From contig JAJYIF010000007.1 of the NCBI GenBank assembly GCA_021790195.1, positions 24,192-88,191 on the forward strand: 64,000 nt of DNA, given 5' to 3'. Below are positions 48,598 to 57,792 of the stretch, piece by piece. Numbering within the stretch: the stretch's first letter is position 1; each line of letters opens with the position of its first letter. Source of the DNA: Nitrospirota bacterium. GTDB taxonomy: Bacteria > Nitrospirota > Thermodesulfovibrionia > Thermodesulfovibrionales > UBA9159. Position numbers and translations under genes: made by a program. Below the pieces are notes generated by a model, which saw only the letters and a list, made by a program, of their open reading frames with translations, did no database searches and had not been told where the DNA came from.

Positions 48598-50640
48598 TTT
48601 CACCGTCCCCGTCCGCGCCTTCCCCTTTTTCTTTTTGGGCGCCGGGGCTGCAGACTGCCGAATTCCCTGTTCGAGGAGCTTTTTCCTTATTTCCTTGGTC
48701 TTGTCCCGTATCTCTGCGGCAAGCTCGAAGTCCAGTTTCGAGGCAGCGTCTCTCATCTCCTTGTCGAGCCTCTTCAGGGTCTCTTCATCATATCCGTATT
48801 CATCGACCGCCTCGGCTACCGGCACCGTCCAGTAATCCGACTCATAGATAGAGCTGAGGATATCCTTGATGCTCGATTTCACCGTCTCAGGAGTGATTCC
48901 CATCCTCTTGTTGTAACCCGTCTGCAGCCTTCTCCTCCTCTCCGTCTCATCGAGCGCCCTTTTCATTGAACCGGTCACGACATCGGCATAGAGCATGACC
49001 TGGCCGTTCGCGTTCCTCGCGGCCCTTCCAGCTGTCTGGATCAAGGATCTTTCCGATCTGAGAAACCCTTCCTTGTCCGCATCAAGGATCGCAACGAGGG
49101 AGACTTCCGGAAGGTCGAGCCCTTCTCTCAGCAGGTTCACTCCGACGAGCACGTCGAATTTACCTTGTCTCAGGTCTCTTATAAGCTCCACCCTTTCGAG
49201 GGTGTCGATATCCGAATGAAGATACCGGGCCCTCACCCCAAGCTCTATATAATAATCGGTAAGGTCCTCAGCCATCTTCTTAGTGAGAGTCGTAACGAGA
49301 ACGCGCTCGCTTTTCTCGCTTCTCTTCTTTATCTCGTGCAGCAGATCGTCCACCTGCCCATCCGCCGGCTTCACCTTCATCTCGGGATCGATGAGACCCG
49401 TCGGCCTTATTATCTGTTCCACTACCCTTCCCCTGGCCCTGTCGAGCTCGTAAGGGCCGGGGGTGGCAGACACATAGATCGCCTGTTTTACCCTGCGCTC
49501 GAATTCATTGAAGGTGAGGGGTCTGTTGTCCAGGGCGGAGGGGAGCCTGAAACCGAAGTCCACGAGGGTCCTCTTCCTCGACCTGTCCCCTTCGTACATC
49601 CCGCCGATCTGAGGCATCGTTGCGTGCGACTCATCCACCACAACGAGGAAATCCTCGGGGAAATAATCGATGAGCGTATACGGAGGTTCTCCCGGCAGCC
49701 TGCCGCTCAGGTGCCTCGAGTAGTTTTCTATTCCATGGCAGTACCCGAACTCCCTCAGCATTTCGAGATCGAACCTTGTCCTCTGCTCTATCCTCTGCGC
49801 CTCCGCAGACTTTCCCTCCTGCACGAAATGTTTCGCTCTTTCGTTCATCTCCTCCTCTATCCTTGCCATCGCCGGGTCCATTCTCTCCTTCGGCGTGATC
49901 CAATGGCTGTTGGGAAAAAGCGCAAACTTCTCGTATCTTCTCAAGCGCTCTCCGGTCAGGGGATCAAACTCATAGATGGAATCGATATTGTCGCCGAAGA
50001 ACTCAATGCGCATCGCTTTATTCAGAGAAAACGAGGGATATATCTCTACGTTGTCCCCCCTCACCCTGAAAAGGCCCCTTCTGAATTCGGCATCGGAGCG
50101 CGTATATTGCATCTCGACCAGCCTCCTCAGAATCGCGTCCCTCTGCGTGCGCATGCCCTCCTCCACGACAAGGTGCATCTCCAGGTAATCCTGCGGGGAG
50201 CCTATACCGTATATGCACGAGACCGAGGCCACCACAATGGCGTCCCTCCTCTCCAGGACCGCCCGGGTGGCGGAATGCCTCAATCTGTCTATGTCGTCGT
50301 TTATCATGGCGTCCTTCTCGATGTAGGTGTCGGTCGTCGGGATATACGCCTCGGGCTGGTAATAGTCGTAATAGCTCACAAAAAATTCGACTGCGTTTTC
50401 GGGAAACAACTCCTTGAACTCGCCGTAGAGCTGGGCCGCAAGAGTCTTGTTATGGGCGATGACAAGCGCAGGCCTGCCGATGTTGGCAATCACATTGGCG
50501 ACCGTGAAGGTCTTGCCCGAGCCTGTGACGCCAAGGAGCACCTGGTCCCTTGCGCCTTTTTCGACGCCCGCCGTCAATTCCTTGATCGCCTTCGGCTGAT
50601 CGCCCTTTGGAGTGAAACTTGTCGAGAGTTTAAAGTCCAT
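48586..50640 (-). CDS. uvrB: excinuclease ABC subunit B
   Basis: [10 protein letters not shown]...[12 protein letters not shown]...the C-terminal UVR domain [11 protein letters not shown]. Confidence 0.96.
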   Translation of the reverse strand: MDFKLSTSFTPKGDQPKAIKELTAGVEKGARDQVLLGVTGSGKTFTVANVIANIGRPALVIAHNKTLAAQLYGEFKELFPENAVEFFVSYYDYYQPEAYIPTTDTYIEKDAMINDDIDRLRHSATRAVLERRDAIVVASVSCIYGIGSPQDYLEMHLVVEEGMRTQRDAILRRLVEMQYTRSDAEFRRGLFRVRGDNVEIYPSFSLNKAMRIEFFGDNIDSIYEFDPLTGERLRRYEKFALFPNSHWITPKERMDPAMARIEEEMNERAKHFVQEGKSAEAQRIEQRTRFDLEMLREFGYCHGIENYSRHLSGRLPGEPPYTLIDYFPEDFLVVVDESHATMPQIGGMYEGDRSRKRTLVDFGFRLPSALDNRPLTFNEFERRVKQAIYVSATPGPYELDRARGRVVEQIIRPTGLIDPEMKVKPADGQVDDLLHEIKKRSEKSERVLVTTLTKKMAEDLTDYYIELGVRARYLHSDIDTLERVELIRDLRQGKFDVLVGVNLLREGLDLPEVSLVAILDADKEGFLRSERSLIQTAGRAARNANGQVMLYADVVTGSMKRALDETERRRRLQTGYNKRMGITPETVKSSIKDILSSIYESDYWTVPVAEAVDEYGYDEETLKRLDKEMRDAASKLDFELAAEIRDKTKEIRKKLLEQGIRQSAAPAPKKKKGKARTGTVKSKD

Positions 50641-50711
50641 TGATTGAGTCTATCAACCGAAAAGGGAGAGGGTCAAGAGTAGAACGATCGACTAAGTGAC
50701 ATACAAATGCC

Positions 50712-50732
50712 TTCTTCTGATAACTGACACTG
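50712..50732 (+). repeat. intergenic motif copy S1 (TTCTTCTGATAACTGACACTG)
   Basis: It shares TCTTCTGA and ACTGACACTG with the copy at 59573..59599. Confidence 0.5.
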
Positions 50733-50810
50733 TTCTACACACCTAACTGAAATAGGTTTCACCGACAAATGCGCGTGGTTCAATTTATCGCAACAGTGAA
50801 GATTTTCGAC

Positions 50811-50847
50811 CGAAACAAAAAGGGGCGATAATGGATTCTCGCCCCTT
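50811..50847 (-). terminator. rho-independent terminator of the IPTL-CTERM gene
   Basis: The minus-strand RNA reads AAGGGGCGA-gaauccauua-UCGCCCCUU followed by UUUGUUU. It lies 33 nt after the stop codon. Confidence 0.75.
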
Positions 50848-50879
50848 ATAAAAGGTTATTCTAAGAAGTTCCTTTCTCT

Positions 50880-51605
50880 CTAGGCTCTTCTCTCTCTCCG
50901 GAGGTAGTAAATAGCCCCGAGTCCCGCAAGCACCATAAACATTATCATTCCCCATTCCGTCATAGTGGGCACGGATGCGGGAGGTGACCCACCGTAAGTA
51001 TGGTTATCAATAATTACACTAAAAGAGTAAGCTGAACCTGTAAAGATAACCTTGACGATACCTCCTGGATCTTGATAACCAAAAAAAACAGGGCTCGGAC
51101 CATTAACACTAATTGGCGAGGAAGTAAAGATTAAACCACCAGGTCCGTAGACTTTGGCTGTCACAGAATCAGGAAATCCAGAAAACGCTTCCAAATCTAT
51201 ACCCATGGCTATCACCGGTGAAGTGTAGTCTATTTCTAGTATTTGTGATGGACCGCATAGAATAGTCTTGGTATTCAGTCCGAAATAATTATTCCCATTC
51301 CACTGAATAAAAGAACCTGTAAAGACGTAGGTAGCACCAGAGTGTACCAAGCCTGGGCCTTGACCGTTTACAAGAGTAGTACTACCTAATGAGCCAACAG
51401 AGGTATCAACGCTCGAACTGCCGTCTGCAACATTATAAGATTCGAAATCGTCTGTGGTGCCTCCTCCAGATAGTAGCGTGTTGAGTGTTGTACGGTCTGG
51501 AATAACCGCTGCAATGCCATCCGCTACAAAAATGGCAAAGGTTATCAAAATAATTATTCCAAAGCATCCAGACAGTTTGATAATATGTCTGATTAAACCT
51601 GTCAT
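50880..51605 (-). CDS. secreted protein with IPTL-CTERM-type C-terminal sorting signal
   Basis: The C-terminus VPTMTEWGMIMFMVLAGLGAIYYLRRERRA matches the remembered IPTL-CTERM pattern (IPTLSEWGMI..TM..basic tail). It has an N-terminal TM/signal segment, GGAGG before the ATG, and visibly low G+C. Confidence 0.7.
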   Translation of the reverse strand: MTGLIRHIIKLSGCFGIIILITFAIFVADGIAAVIPDRTTLNTLLSGGGTTDDFESYNVADGSSSVDTSVGSLGSTTLVNGQGPGLVHSGATYVFTGSFIQWNGNNYFGLNTKTILCGPSQILEIDYTSPVIAMGIDLEAFSGFPDSVTAKVYGPGGLIFTSSPISVNGPSPVFFGYQDPGGIVKVIFTGSAYSFSVIIDNHTYGGSPPASVPTMTEWGMIMFMVLAGLGAIYYLRRERRA

Positions 51606-52103
51606 TGATAAACCTCCGTTGAGCGTTGTTTCTTACCTAAGTTTTGTACTCTGCGCTATTATGCATGCAATTTCAGATGCTGTCAATCGCATTGTCTTAT
51701 CGATTCTTATGTGAAGAAACCAGTAGGTAGGTCTGTCACCTCAGACAGGAACCCTCTCGGCAGCCGTTTTTTGGGGCTGCTTGTTATCCATGTTTCGTAT
51801 CTATCTCTTTTCATTCGTACTGCGCACTGTTATATCGACGTTGAAAGGTATTATGTTCAGGAAGGAAACCTGCACACTCTTATGATCCTGATCCGCTATC
51901 AGTTACCTGGACAACTATGGCCATCACCAACTTAGAAATGTCTGTTTCAATTCCGACATCACGAAGATTCTCCAATTCCATGAATTCTGCAGATCAAATA
52001 CCGCATCCTTATCTTTGTCGAGGATCGATCTATGCTTTCAATTACTCCGCTTTTTTGATAGAATCCATAAGACAAAAAGTGTATTGTCCCCCGGAGAAGA
52101 AGA

Positions 52104-52283
52104 ATGACCGAAGAACATGAAAAGCTTGTTAAGACCTCTCTACATCTCGAGGAGGAAGTCCTCGATGCGCTTTCGGAACTTGCGGTCGAGTACACAAAGG
52201 AGACCGGCAAGAAGTGGTCGCGCGGGGCTGTCGTGAGGCTTGCGCTCAGCGAATTCTTCTCTAAGAGAGGGAAGATACTTTAG
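52104..52283 (+). CDS. 59-aa ribbon-helix-helix (CopG/antitoxin-like) protein
   Basis: Below the track cut-off. It reads MTEEHEKLVKTSLHLEEEVLDALSELAVEYTKETGKKWSRGAVVRLALSEFFSKRGKIL, a beta-strand, helix, helix pattern. GGAG lies 9 nt upstream. Confidence 0.55.
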   Translation: MTEEHEKLVKTSLHLEEEVLDALSELAVEYTKETGKKWSRGAVVRLALSEFFSKRGKIL

Positions 52284-52389
52284 GCTGGATGGGGGGTCCC
52301 GCAATGATTTCACCGAAATATAGATCTATAAGGTCCGCGAGCGGGCTTCGCGTTGCGGCATCGCCTTCGGCGGCTTTCTAAGAGCAATC

Positions 52390-53706
52390 ATGTCAAGGCC
52401 CTTTGTAGTAATCATCGGCAGACCCAATGTCGGGAAATCCACGCTCTTCAACAGAATAACCGGCTCCGAAAGCGCCATAGTCGAAGACTTTCCCGGAGTG
52501 ACAAGGGACAGAAATTACAGCGACGCGGAGTGGAAAGGCCGCTCCTTCGTTGTTGTCGATACAGGCGGCTTTTATCCCGAGCCGACAGAAAATATGTTCC
52601 AGCAGGTGAAAGAGCAGGCCATCTTTGCCGTCGAGGAGGCCGACGTGATAATACACCTGATGGACGGAAGAGAAGGACTCAATCCCCATGACAGAGAACT
52701 CGCGGGTCTTCTCAGGGAATCCGGGAAAAGGGTGCTGTGGGTGGTAAACAAGATCGATGCCCCGACAAGGGAAGACAGGCTTTACGATTTCTACAGTCTC
52801 GGAGCAGACGAGCTGATACCGGTCTCCGCCGCGACAGGCTTCGAGTTCGACGATTTTATGGACAGGCTTGTCTCTCTCCTGCCGGAAAAGAGTGAAGAAG
52901 GGGAGCGCATCGCTTATCCAAGTGTAGCCGTTGTGGGAAGACCCAATGTCGGCAAGTCCACGCTCGTGAATACCCTTATAGGGAAAAAGAGGATGATCGT
53001 AAGCCCGGTGCCGGGGACGACAAGGGACTCTGTAGACTCAATCTGCTCATATTACGGCAGGAAATACGTCTTGATAGATACCGCGGGCATTCGGAAGAAA
53101 GGGAAGATCGGTTATTCCATTGAACGGTATTCGATGGTGAGGGCTGTCAGGAGCATCGAACGCTGCGACGTCGCCCTCATTGTCCTCGATTCATCGGAAG
53201 GCCTCGCGGAACAGGACAGAAGGATTGCCGGCATGGTGGAGAAGTACGGCAAGGGAGCGGTATTCCTGTTCAACAAATGGGACCTGGTGAAAGAGCCCGA
53301 AGCCGCTTTCAAGAAATATATGGCGGAATTCCGGGACAAATTCTGGTTTTTCCAGCACGCACCCGTTCTGACTGTATCCGGTCTCGAACGCAAGCGGGTC
53401 ACAAAGGTCTTTCCCTTAATCGACGGCATCATCTCAGAGAGGAGGAAACGGATAGGCACCTCCGAGCTGAACGACCTCCTCGGTAAGGCGGTGTCGCGCT
53501 CCGCGCCTCCAGTGCACAAAGGGAAAGCGGTCAGGCTCTACTACATTACCCAGGTGTCCGTAGAGCCTCCGGAATTTGTGCTCTTTGCGAACGATCCGAC
53601 CGGGATAAAGGACTCTTATATGCGCTACCTGGAGAAGAACTTACGGGAAAGGTTCTCTTTCAGCGGGACCCCTATAAGGATTTTCCTGAAGCGGAGGGCC
53701 GGTTGA
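52390..53706 (+). CDS. der: ribosome-associated GTPase Der (EngA)
   Basis: Two tandem G domains, VVIIGRPNVGKSTLFNR and VAVVGRPNVGKSTLVN, followed by a KH-like C-terminus. Confidence 0.95.
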   Translation: MSRPFVVIIGRPNVGKSTLFNRITGSESAIVEDFPGVTRDRNYSDAEWKGRSFVVVDTGGFYPEPTENMFQQVKEQAIFAVEEADVIIHLMDGREGLNPHDRELAGLLRESGKRVLWVVNKIDAPTREDRLYDFYSLGADELIPVSAATGFEFDDFMDRLVSLLPEKSEEGERIAYPSVAVVGRPNVGKSTLVNTLIGKKRMIVSPVPGTTRDSVDSICSYYGRKYVLIDTAGIRKKGKIGYSIERYSMVRAVRSIERCDVALIVLDSSEGLAEQDRRIAGMVEKYGKGAVFLFNKWDLVKEPEAAFKKYMAEFRDKFWFFQHAPVLTVSGLERKRVTKVFPLIDGIISERRKRIGTSELNDLLGKAVSRSAPPVHKGKAVRLYYITQVSVEPPEFVLFANDPTGIKDSYMRYLEKNLRERFSFSGTPIRIFLKRRAG

Positions 53707-54539
53707 AGGCCGGGGGGGTTCACAAGGTCGTCTGGAAGAGTCTCCTCGACTTCTTCAGGGACGGAGGCATCATGCTCGCAGGCTCTCTCTCCTTTTTCTT
53801 TATGACGGCGATCGTCCCCTTCTGTCTTTTCCTGGCTGCGATCTTCGGATACTTCCTTGGAGAACAGAGGGGTTTTTTCCAGTTTATTTCGTCCAGACTC
53901 GCGAGTTTCTTCCCTACGGTGACGCATCAGATCACCGGCGAGCTCCAGCATTTGATAACTTATAAGGGCCTCGGTAAGCCGAGCCTTGTGCTTTACGGTC
54001 TCCTGTCCTTCGGGCTTTTTTCGTCTCTCCAGTCGGCCTTGAACATAATCTTCAAGGCGAAGGTCAGGCGGTCGCTTATTGTGTCGCTGGTCCTTTCTCT
54101 TGTCATGATCACATTCATCATCGGCTTCATCCTGATATCCTTTGCCGCCACGTCTTCCATGTCGGTAATCGAACCGGCAAGGAGCATATTCCCCGGACTG
54201 AGGATGAGCAGTATAGCCCGCTTCTTCATAGGGTTTGTCATCCCGTTTGTCCTGATGTTCCTGATAATGACGACAGTGTATGTCCTCTTTCCAAAGAAAC
54301 GGGTTAGCCTCTCCCATGCGGTCTCGGGCGCTCTCTTTGCAGCTGTCTTCTTTGAGGCCGCAAAGCACATCTTCACGCTCTATGTGGTACACGTCTTCAG
54401 GCTCGGCACTATATATGGCCCGCTCTCGGCCTTTGTGATATTCTTATTATGGGTCTTTTACTCTATGAGCATACTGCTCATAGGCGCTGAGGTGGTGCAC
54501 AACCTTGAGAGTCAGAGAGGGAGGCGGCAGAATGATTGA
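53703..54539 (+). CDS. YihY/BrkB family membrane protein
   Basis: FFRDGGIMLAGSLSFFFMTAIVPFCLFL...IYGPLSAFVIFLLWVFYSMSILLIGAEV. Confidence 0.85.
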   Translation: MKAGGVHKVVWKSLLDFFRDGGIMLAGSLSFFFMTAIVPFCLFLAAIFGYFLGEQRGFFQFISSRLASFFPTVTHQITGELQHLITYKGLGKPSLVLYGLLSFGLFSSLQSALNIIFKAKVRRSLIVSLVLSLVMITFIIGFILISFAATSSMSVIEPARSIFPGLRMSSIARFFIGFVIPFVLMFLIMTTVYVLFPKKRVSLSHAVSGALFAAVFFEAAKHIFTLYVVHVFRLGTIYGPLSAFVIFLLWVFYSMSILLIGAEVVHNLESQRGRRQND

Positions 54540-54693
54540 TCTGCGTGGAAAACTTGTGGAGGTCATGGCTAATGACATCCTTTACATTGGAAAACTTGTG
54601 GAGATCGACGAAACGGACGTCTATCTTGAAAGCCGGTCGGGTTGGATCGTCATTCCCGTCGATCAGGTCGCCTCGATCAGGGAGAAAGAATAG
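54532..54693 (+). CDS. small hypothetical protein (53 aa), beta-rich/Sm-like appearance
   Basis: The ATG overlaps the yihY stop by 8 nt, with GAGGGAGG upstream. It reads MIDLRGKLVEVMANDILYIGKLVEIDETDVYLESRSGWIVIPVDQVASIREKE. Confidence 0.45.
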   Translation: MIDLRGKLVEVMANDILYIGKLVEIDETDVYLESRSGWIVIPVDQVASIREKE

Positions 54694-54739
54694 TCACTGC
54701 GCGGCCTTTCTTGAGGTCTTCTAAAATTACAATTTGAAG

Positions 54740-54768
54740 TTGACAAATTTATTTTGGCGATATATTTT
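54740..54768 (+). promoter_or_regulatory. candidate promoter of the beta-propeller gene
   Basis: TTGACA (54740..54745), a 17-nt spacer, then TATTTT (54763..54768). This implies a purine-rich 5' UTR of about 115 nt. Confidence 0.4.
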
Positions 54769-54841
54769 AAAGCATGTTGGGCTATTATGTCCGAGGCGGA
54801 AAAAGATTAAGAGGGGGGTGAGACAGACAAGAAAAAGGTCC

Positions 54842-54855
54842 GTGTGTGTGTGTGT
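54842..54855. repeat. (GT)7 dinucleotide microsatellite in the 5' UTR
   Basis: GTGTGTGTGTGTGT lies 34 nt upstream of ATG 54889. Confidence 0.9.
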
Positions 54856-54888
54856 TTACTGACTAAGAAAGAACGAAAGGGAGGAAGA

Positions 54889-55986
54889 ATGAAAAAGAGA
54901 CTGTTTGTTGTACTGATTCTGGCGGCGGCCTTGGTGGGCTATATGGCATTCACAGGGTCCGTCGGTTACGGAAAAGAGTCCGGAGAAGGGCACGCGGTAG
55001 TTGCAAAGGTCGAATTGTCCAAGAAACCCATTACCTTTGACGGTATAGCTTATATAGCAGGACACGGCGGCCACATAGCTATCATCGACATGAGGACGAT
55101 GAAGTCGCCGACGGACGTGGAAAAAGACAGGATCGTTATCACCGAGGCCGGCTCCGAGATGGAGGGCAAGATAGCAGGTATGAGCTTTGAAAAGGTCCAG
55201 AAGGCCGGCGGAATGCACGGTCAGGCGCTTATAAAAGAGCACGGCGACAAGGTCCTCGTTGTGGGCACACTTGACGGCGATGTCTACAAGGTCGATCTCA
55301 AGACAGGTAAGAAGACCGGGCCCTGGAAGGTCGGCGAAAAGTTCTGCGGCGCCATTGTCGGTCCTGACGGAAAGATATACTTTGAAGACATGGCCGATGG
55401 TAACGTTTACGTCTGGGATTCAAAGACGCTGAAGACTGCGGACAAGATGCCGGTTGGAAAGGCCGTTTGCGGCATACAGTGGACCAAGAACGCGAAGAAG
55501 GCGTACATCACCGACATGCCTACCGGCATTGTGTATGTGTATGACTGGAAGACAAAGAAGAAGATCAAGGAGATCAAGAGCCCTGAGATGACGTTCATCC
55601 ATCAGGACAGAATGACACCCGACGGCAGGTACCTCTGGGTCAGCGCGCCGAACGAGTTCGATCCGGGCCTGAAGCCGGGCACCCACAAGAGCCAGGTCAT
55701 CATCATCGACACAAACACGGACAAGATAGTGAAACGGATAATCCTTCCGGACAACATAAGGCCGCACGATTTTGCGTTCACAGCTGACGGCAAGTACGCC
55801 CTGCTTTCATCCAGGACATACGGCGATGACAGCAAGCTCGTTGTCCTCGACAGAAAGAATGACCACATCGTGGAAGAGGTTTCGGCTTGTAAATCATGCC
55901 ACCAGCCGAACGGCATAGAAGTGAAGATGGACAAGGGTTCACCGCTTCTCTGCGGCATCACGGTTGACTGGCACCCCGGCAAGTAA
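54889..55986 (+). CDS. secreted YVTN-type beta-propeller protein with C-terminal CxxCH motif
   Basis: GGGAGG lies before ATG 54889, and the track start at 54844 lies within the GT repeat. The signal peptide is MKKRLFVVLILAAALVGYMAF. Blade-like repeats include DGNVYVWDSKT, GIVYVYDWKT, SQVIIIDTNT and KLVVLDRKN. CKSCH is encoded at 55888..55902. Confidence 0.75.
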   Translation: MKKRLFVVLILAAALVGYMAFTGSVGYGKESGEGHAVVAKVELSKKPITFDGIAYIAGHGGHIAIIDMRTMKSPTDVEKDRIVITEAGSEMEGKIAGMSFEKVQKAGGMHGQALIKEHGDKVLVVGTLDGDVYKVDLKTGKKTGPWKVGEKFCGAIVGPDGKIYFEDMADGNVYVWDSKTLKTADKMPVGKAVCGIQWTKNAKKAYITDMPTGIVYVYDWKTKKKIKEIKSPEMTFIHQDRMTPDGRYLWVSAPNEFDPGLKPGTHKSQVIIIDTNTDKIVKRIILPDNIRPHDFAFTADGKYALLSSRTYGDDSKLVVLDRKNDHIVEEVSACKSCHQPNGIEVKMDKGSPLLCGITVDWHPGK

Positions 55987-56019
55987 GTACCGAGCCGGTT
56001 CAGAAAACGCTTTGGCAAA

Positions 56020-56050
56020 GAAGGGGGCTGATGCAGCCCCCTTCTTTTTT
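56020..56050 (+). terminator. rho-independent terminator after the propeller gene
   Basis: GAAGGGGGCTG-atg-CAGCCCCCTTC followed by TTTTTT. Confidence 0.85.
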
Positions 56051-56142
56051 GACCCTGTTCGCAGAGGCCCGCAAAACAAGCGCTTTATTCATTGAGGCGG
56101 CAAGTCACGAATGCGAATGATAATGTTATAATAAGAAAGTTT

Positions 56143-57351
56143 ATGGCGTCAAAACTGAACATCATACTGTTTGCGATAAAGAACCTCCGCAGAAAAATGA
56201 CCCGCACCTTCCTGCTCCTCCTTGCGGTCACCGTGGTGACAGGCACACTCTTTTCGGCGACCCTCTTTATCTCCAGCATGCAGAACGCGCTTAAGATCGG
56301 CACTTACCGCCTTGGGGCTGACGTGCTTGTCGTGCCGTCGAAGTACGAGTCCGAGGCCCGCGCTGCGCTGCTTGCGGGCGAGCCCACGAGCTTTTACATG
56401 GACCGCTCGGTCCTCGACAAGGTGAGGGCGGTCGAAGGAGTCAAGAGAGCGTCCCCGCAGCTCTTCATAAAACCGACCTCGTTTACATGCTGTTTCAGCG
56501 TCGAGGCCTTTCTTGTGGCCTTCGATCCGGCTACGGACTTCACTATCACCCCGTGGCTTGAGAGGAACCTTAAGAAGCCGCTTGTCGGCAACCAGGTCAT
56601 AACCGGGAGGAACATACCCGTGATCGTCGGAGATACCATGCCTTTCTTCGGCACCCCCTTTAAAGTCGTAGGCACAATGGAGCCGACAGGCATGAAATTT
56701 TTCGACCAGTCCGTGTTCATGACCATGGATGCGGCCTATCAGATGGCCGAGAACTCCAAGACCAGGGCCATACAGCCGATTACCATAGAGAGAGACAAGA
56801 TCTCGGCCGTGCTCGTCCAGGTCCAGGAAGGTTTTTCTCCCGACAGGGCCGCCATCCGCATAGAGCACGATATTGACGGCGTCAAGGCGATAGCCTCTGA
56901 CGAAGTCATCAGCACGGTAAGGAAACAACTTGGAGGACTTCTGAAGGGGATCCTCGCGATCAGCGCCGTGTTGTGGGTTTTGGCGCTTTTGATGATGGGC
57001 TTCGCCTTCTCGATGATCGTAAACGAGCGTCAGAGGGAACTCGGCCTCCTGAGGTCCATGGGCGCCAGGAAGAGTCATGTATTCAAGCTTATAGTGACTG
57101 AGGCTGTCATCATCTCTTTGATGGGCGGGCTCGTCGGCCTGATATCAGGCTCGGCCCTCCTTGTCACGTTCAAGAACCTTATCCTTCACAGCCTTAAACT
57201 GCCCTACCTCTTGCCGCCGGTTTCGACTCTCATCGAGCTGGTCTTAGGCGCAGTGATATTCTCGATGCTGACCGGCCTCCTCGCTTCGCTCCTGCCGGCC
57301 ATATCTGCAAGCAGAATGGAGCCGTACGAGGCCATCAGAAAGGGGGAGTAG
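56143..57351 (+). CDS. ABC transporter permease, FtsX/MacB/LolE type
   Basis: The likely start is ATG 56143 (MASKLNIILFAIKNLRRKMTRTF...). TM1 is followed by a large periplasmic domain, then three TM helices (FtsX domain: NERQRELGLLRSMGARKSHV). The periplasmic domain contains an adjacent CC pair (TSFTCCFS). Confidence 0.85.
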   Translation: MASKLNIILFAIKNLRRKMTRTFLLLLAVTVVTGTLFSATLFISSMQNALKIGTYRLGADVLVVPSKYESEARAALLAGEPTSFYMDRSVLDKVRAVEGVKRASPQLFIKPTSFTCCFSVEAFLVAFDPATDFTITPWLERNLKKPLVGNQVITGRNIPVIVGDTMPFFGTPFKVVGTMEPTGMKFFDQSVFMTMDAAYQMAENSKTRAIQPITIERDKISAVLVQVQEGFSPDRAAIRIEHDIDGVKAIASDEVISTVRKQLGGLLKGILAISAVLWVLALLMMGFAFSMIVNERQRELGLLRSMGARKSHVFKLIVTEAVIISLMGGLVGLISGSALLVTFKNLILHSLKLPYLLPPVSTLIELVLGAVIFSMLTGLLASLLPAISASRMEPYEAIRKGE

Positions 57352-57354
57352 ATC

Positions 57355-57792
57355 ATGATGCCAAGATCCGCCATGCTGCGTGTCTCCGTTTTTTTGTGTT
57401 CTTTGATGTTTGTGTTTCTTTTGCCTGTTTCCTCATATTCCCAGCCCTTCCCTATTCCCAAAGACACGCTTTGCGCGGAATGCGGGATGACGGTTAACCC
57501 GGATTCGAAGTTCTCTGCCGAGGTGATAACAACAGACGGGAAGAAGATGTTCTTTTGCGATATAGGGGACATGCTCCGTCACTTCAGATCGGACAGGGGA
57601 AAACTGAAAATAGTCTACGTAAAAGATTATAAGAGCGGCGCCTGGATTGAGGGTGCAAAGGCGTATTATGTTTTTGACAAGAGGTTCTCGACCCCGATGT
57701 CATGGAGCATTGCAGCCTTCCGGGAGGAGTCGGAGGCAAGGAAGTGGGGCAATCCCGTCGACTTCAAGGGGGCCTACGGACTGTTGAAATGA
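57355..57792 (+). CDS. nosL: NosL-family (copper-chaperone-like) protein
   Basis: A signal peptide is followed by DTLCAECGMTVNPDSKFSAEVITTDGKKMFFCDIGDMLRHF, the NosL pattern CxxCGM...FCD.G. Confidence 0.75.
   Translation: MMPRSAMLRVSVFLCSLMFVFLLPVSSYSQPFPIPKDTLCAECGMTVNPDSKFSAEVITTDGKKMFFCDIGDMLRHFRSDRGKLKIVYVKDYKSGAWIEGAKAYYVFDKRFSTPMSWSIAAFREESEARKWGNPVDFKGAYGLLK

Noticed and set aside
49165-50643. 492-aa plus-strand ORF
   Set aside because: It is antisense to uvrB, which is unambiguous, and the product is Arg/Pro/His-rich and junk-like.
50641-50760. LexA/SOS box upstream of uvrB
   Set aside because: CTGTTCTACACACC and GAACAGTGTCAG do not complete either the CTGT-N8-ACAG or the GAAC-N4-GTTC consensus. 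The ACTGACACTG element recurs at sites unrelated to SOS genes.
51711-52120. Short ORFs (74 and 67 aa plus strand, 83 aa minus strand) in the spacer upstream of the IPTL-CTERM gene
   Set aside because: They have non-ATG or unsupported starts and no SD, their composition is junk-like, and they overlap each other or the RHH gene.
54889-55986. Identification of the propeller protein as nitrous oxide reductase NosZ
   Set aside because: It is too short (about 365 aa), has no cupredoxin CuA motif, and the remembered NosZ sequence blocks do not align. Only the neighbourhood with NosL is reminiscent.
56149-57078. 309-aa minus-strand ORF
   Set aside because: It is antisense to the FtsX/MacB-type permease gene, which has clear TM topology and operon context.
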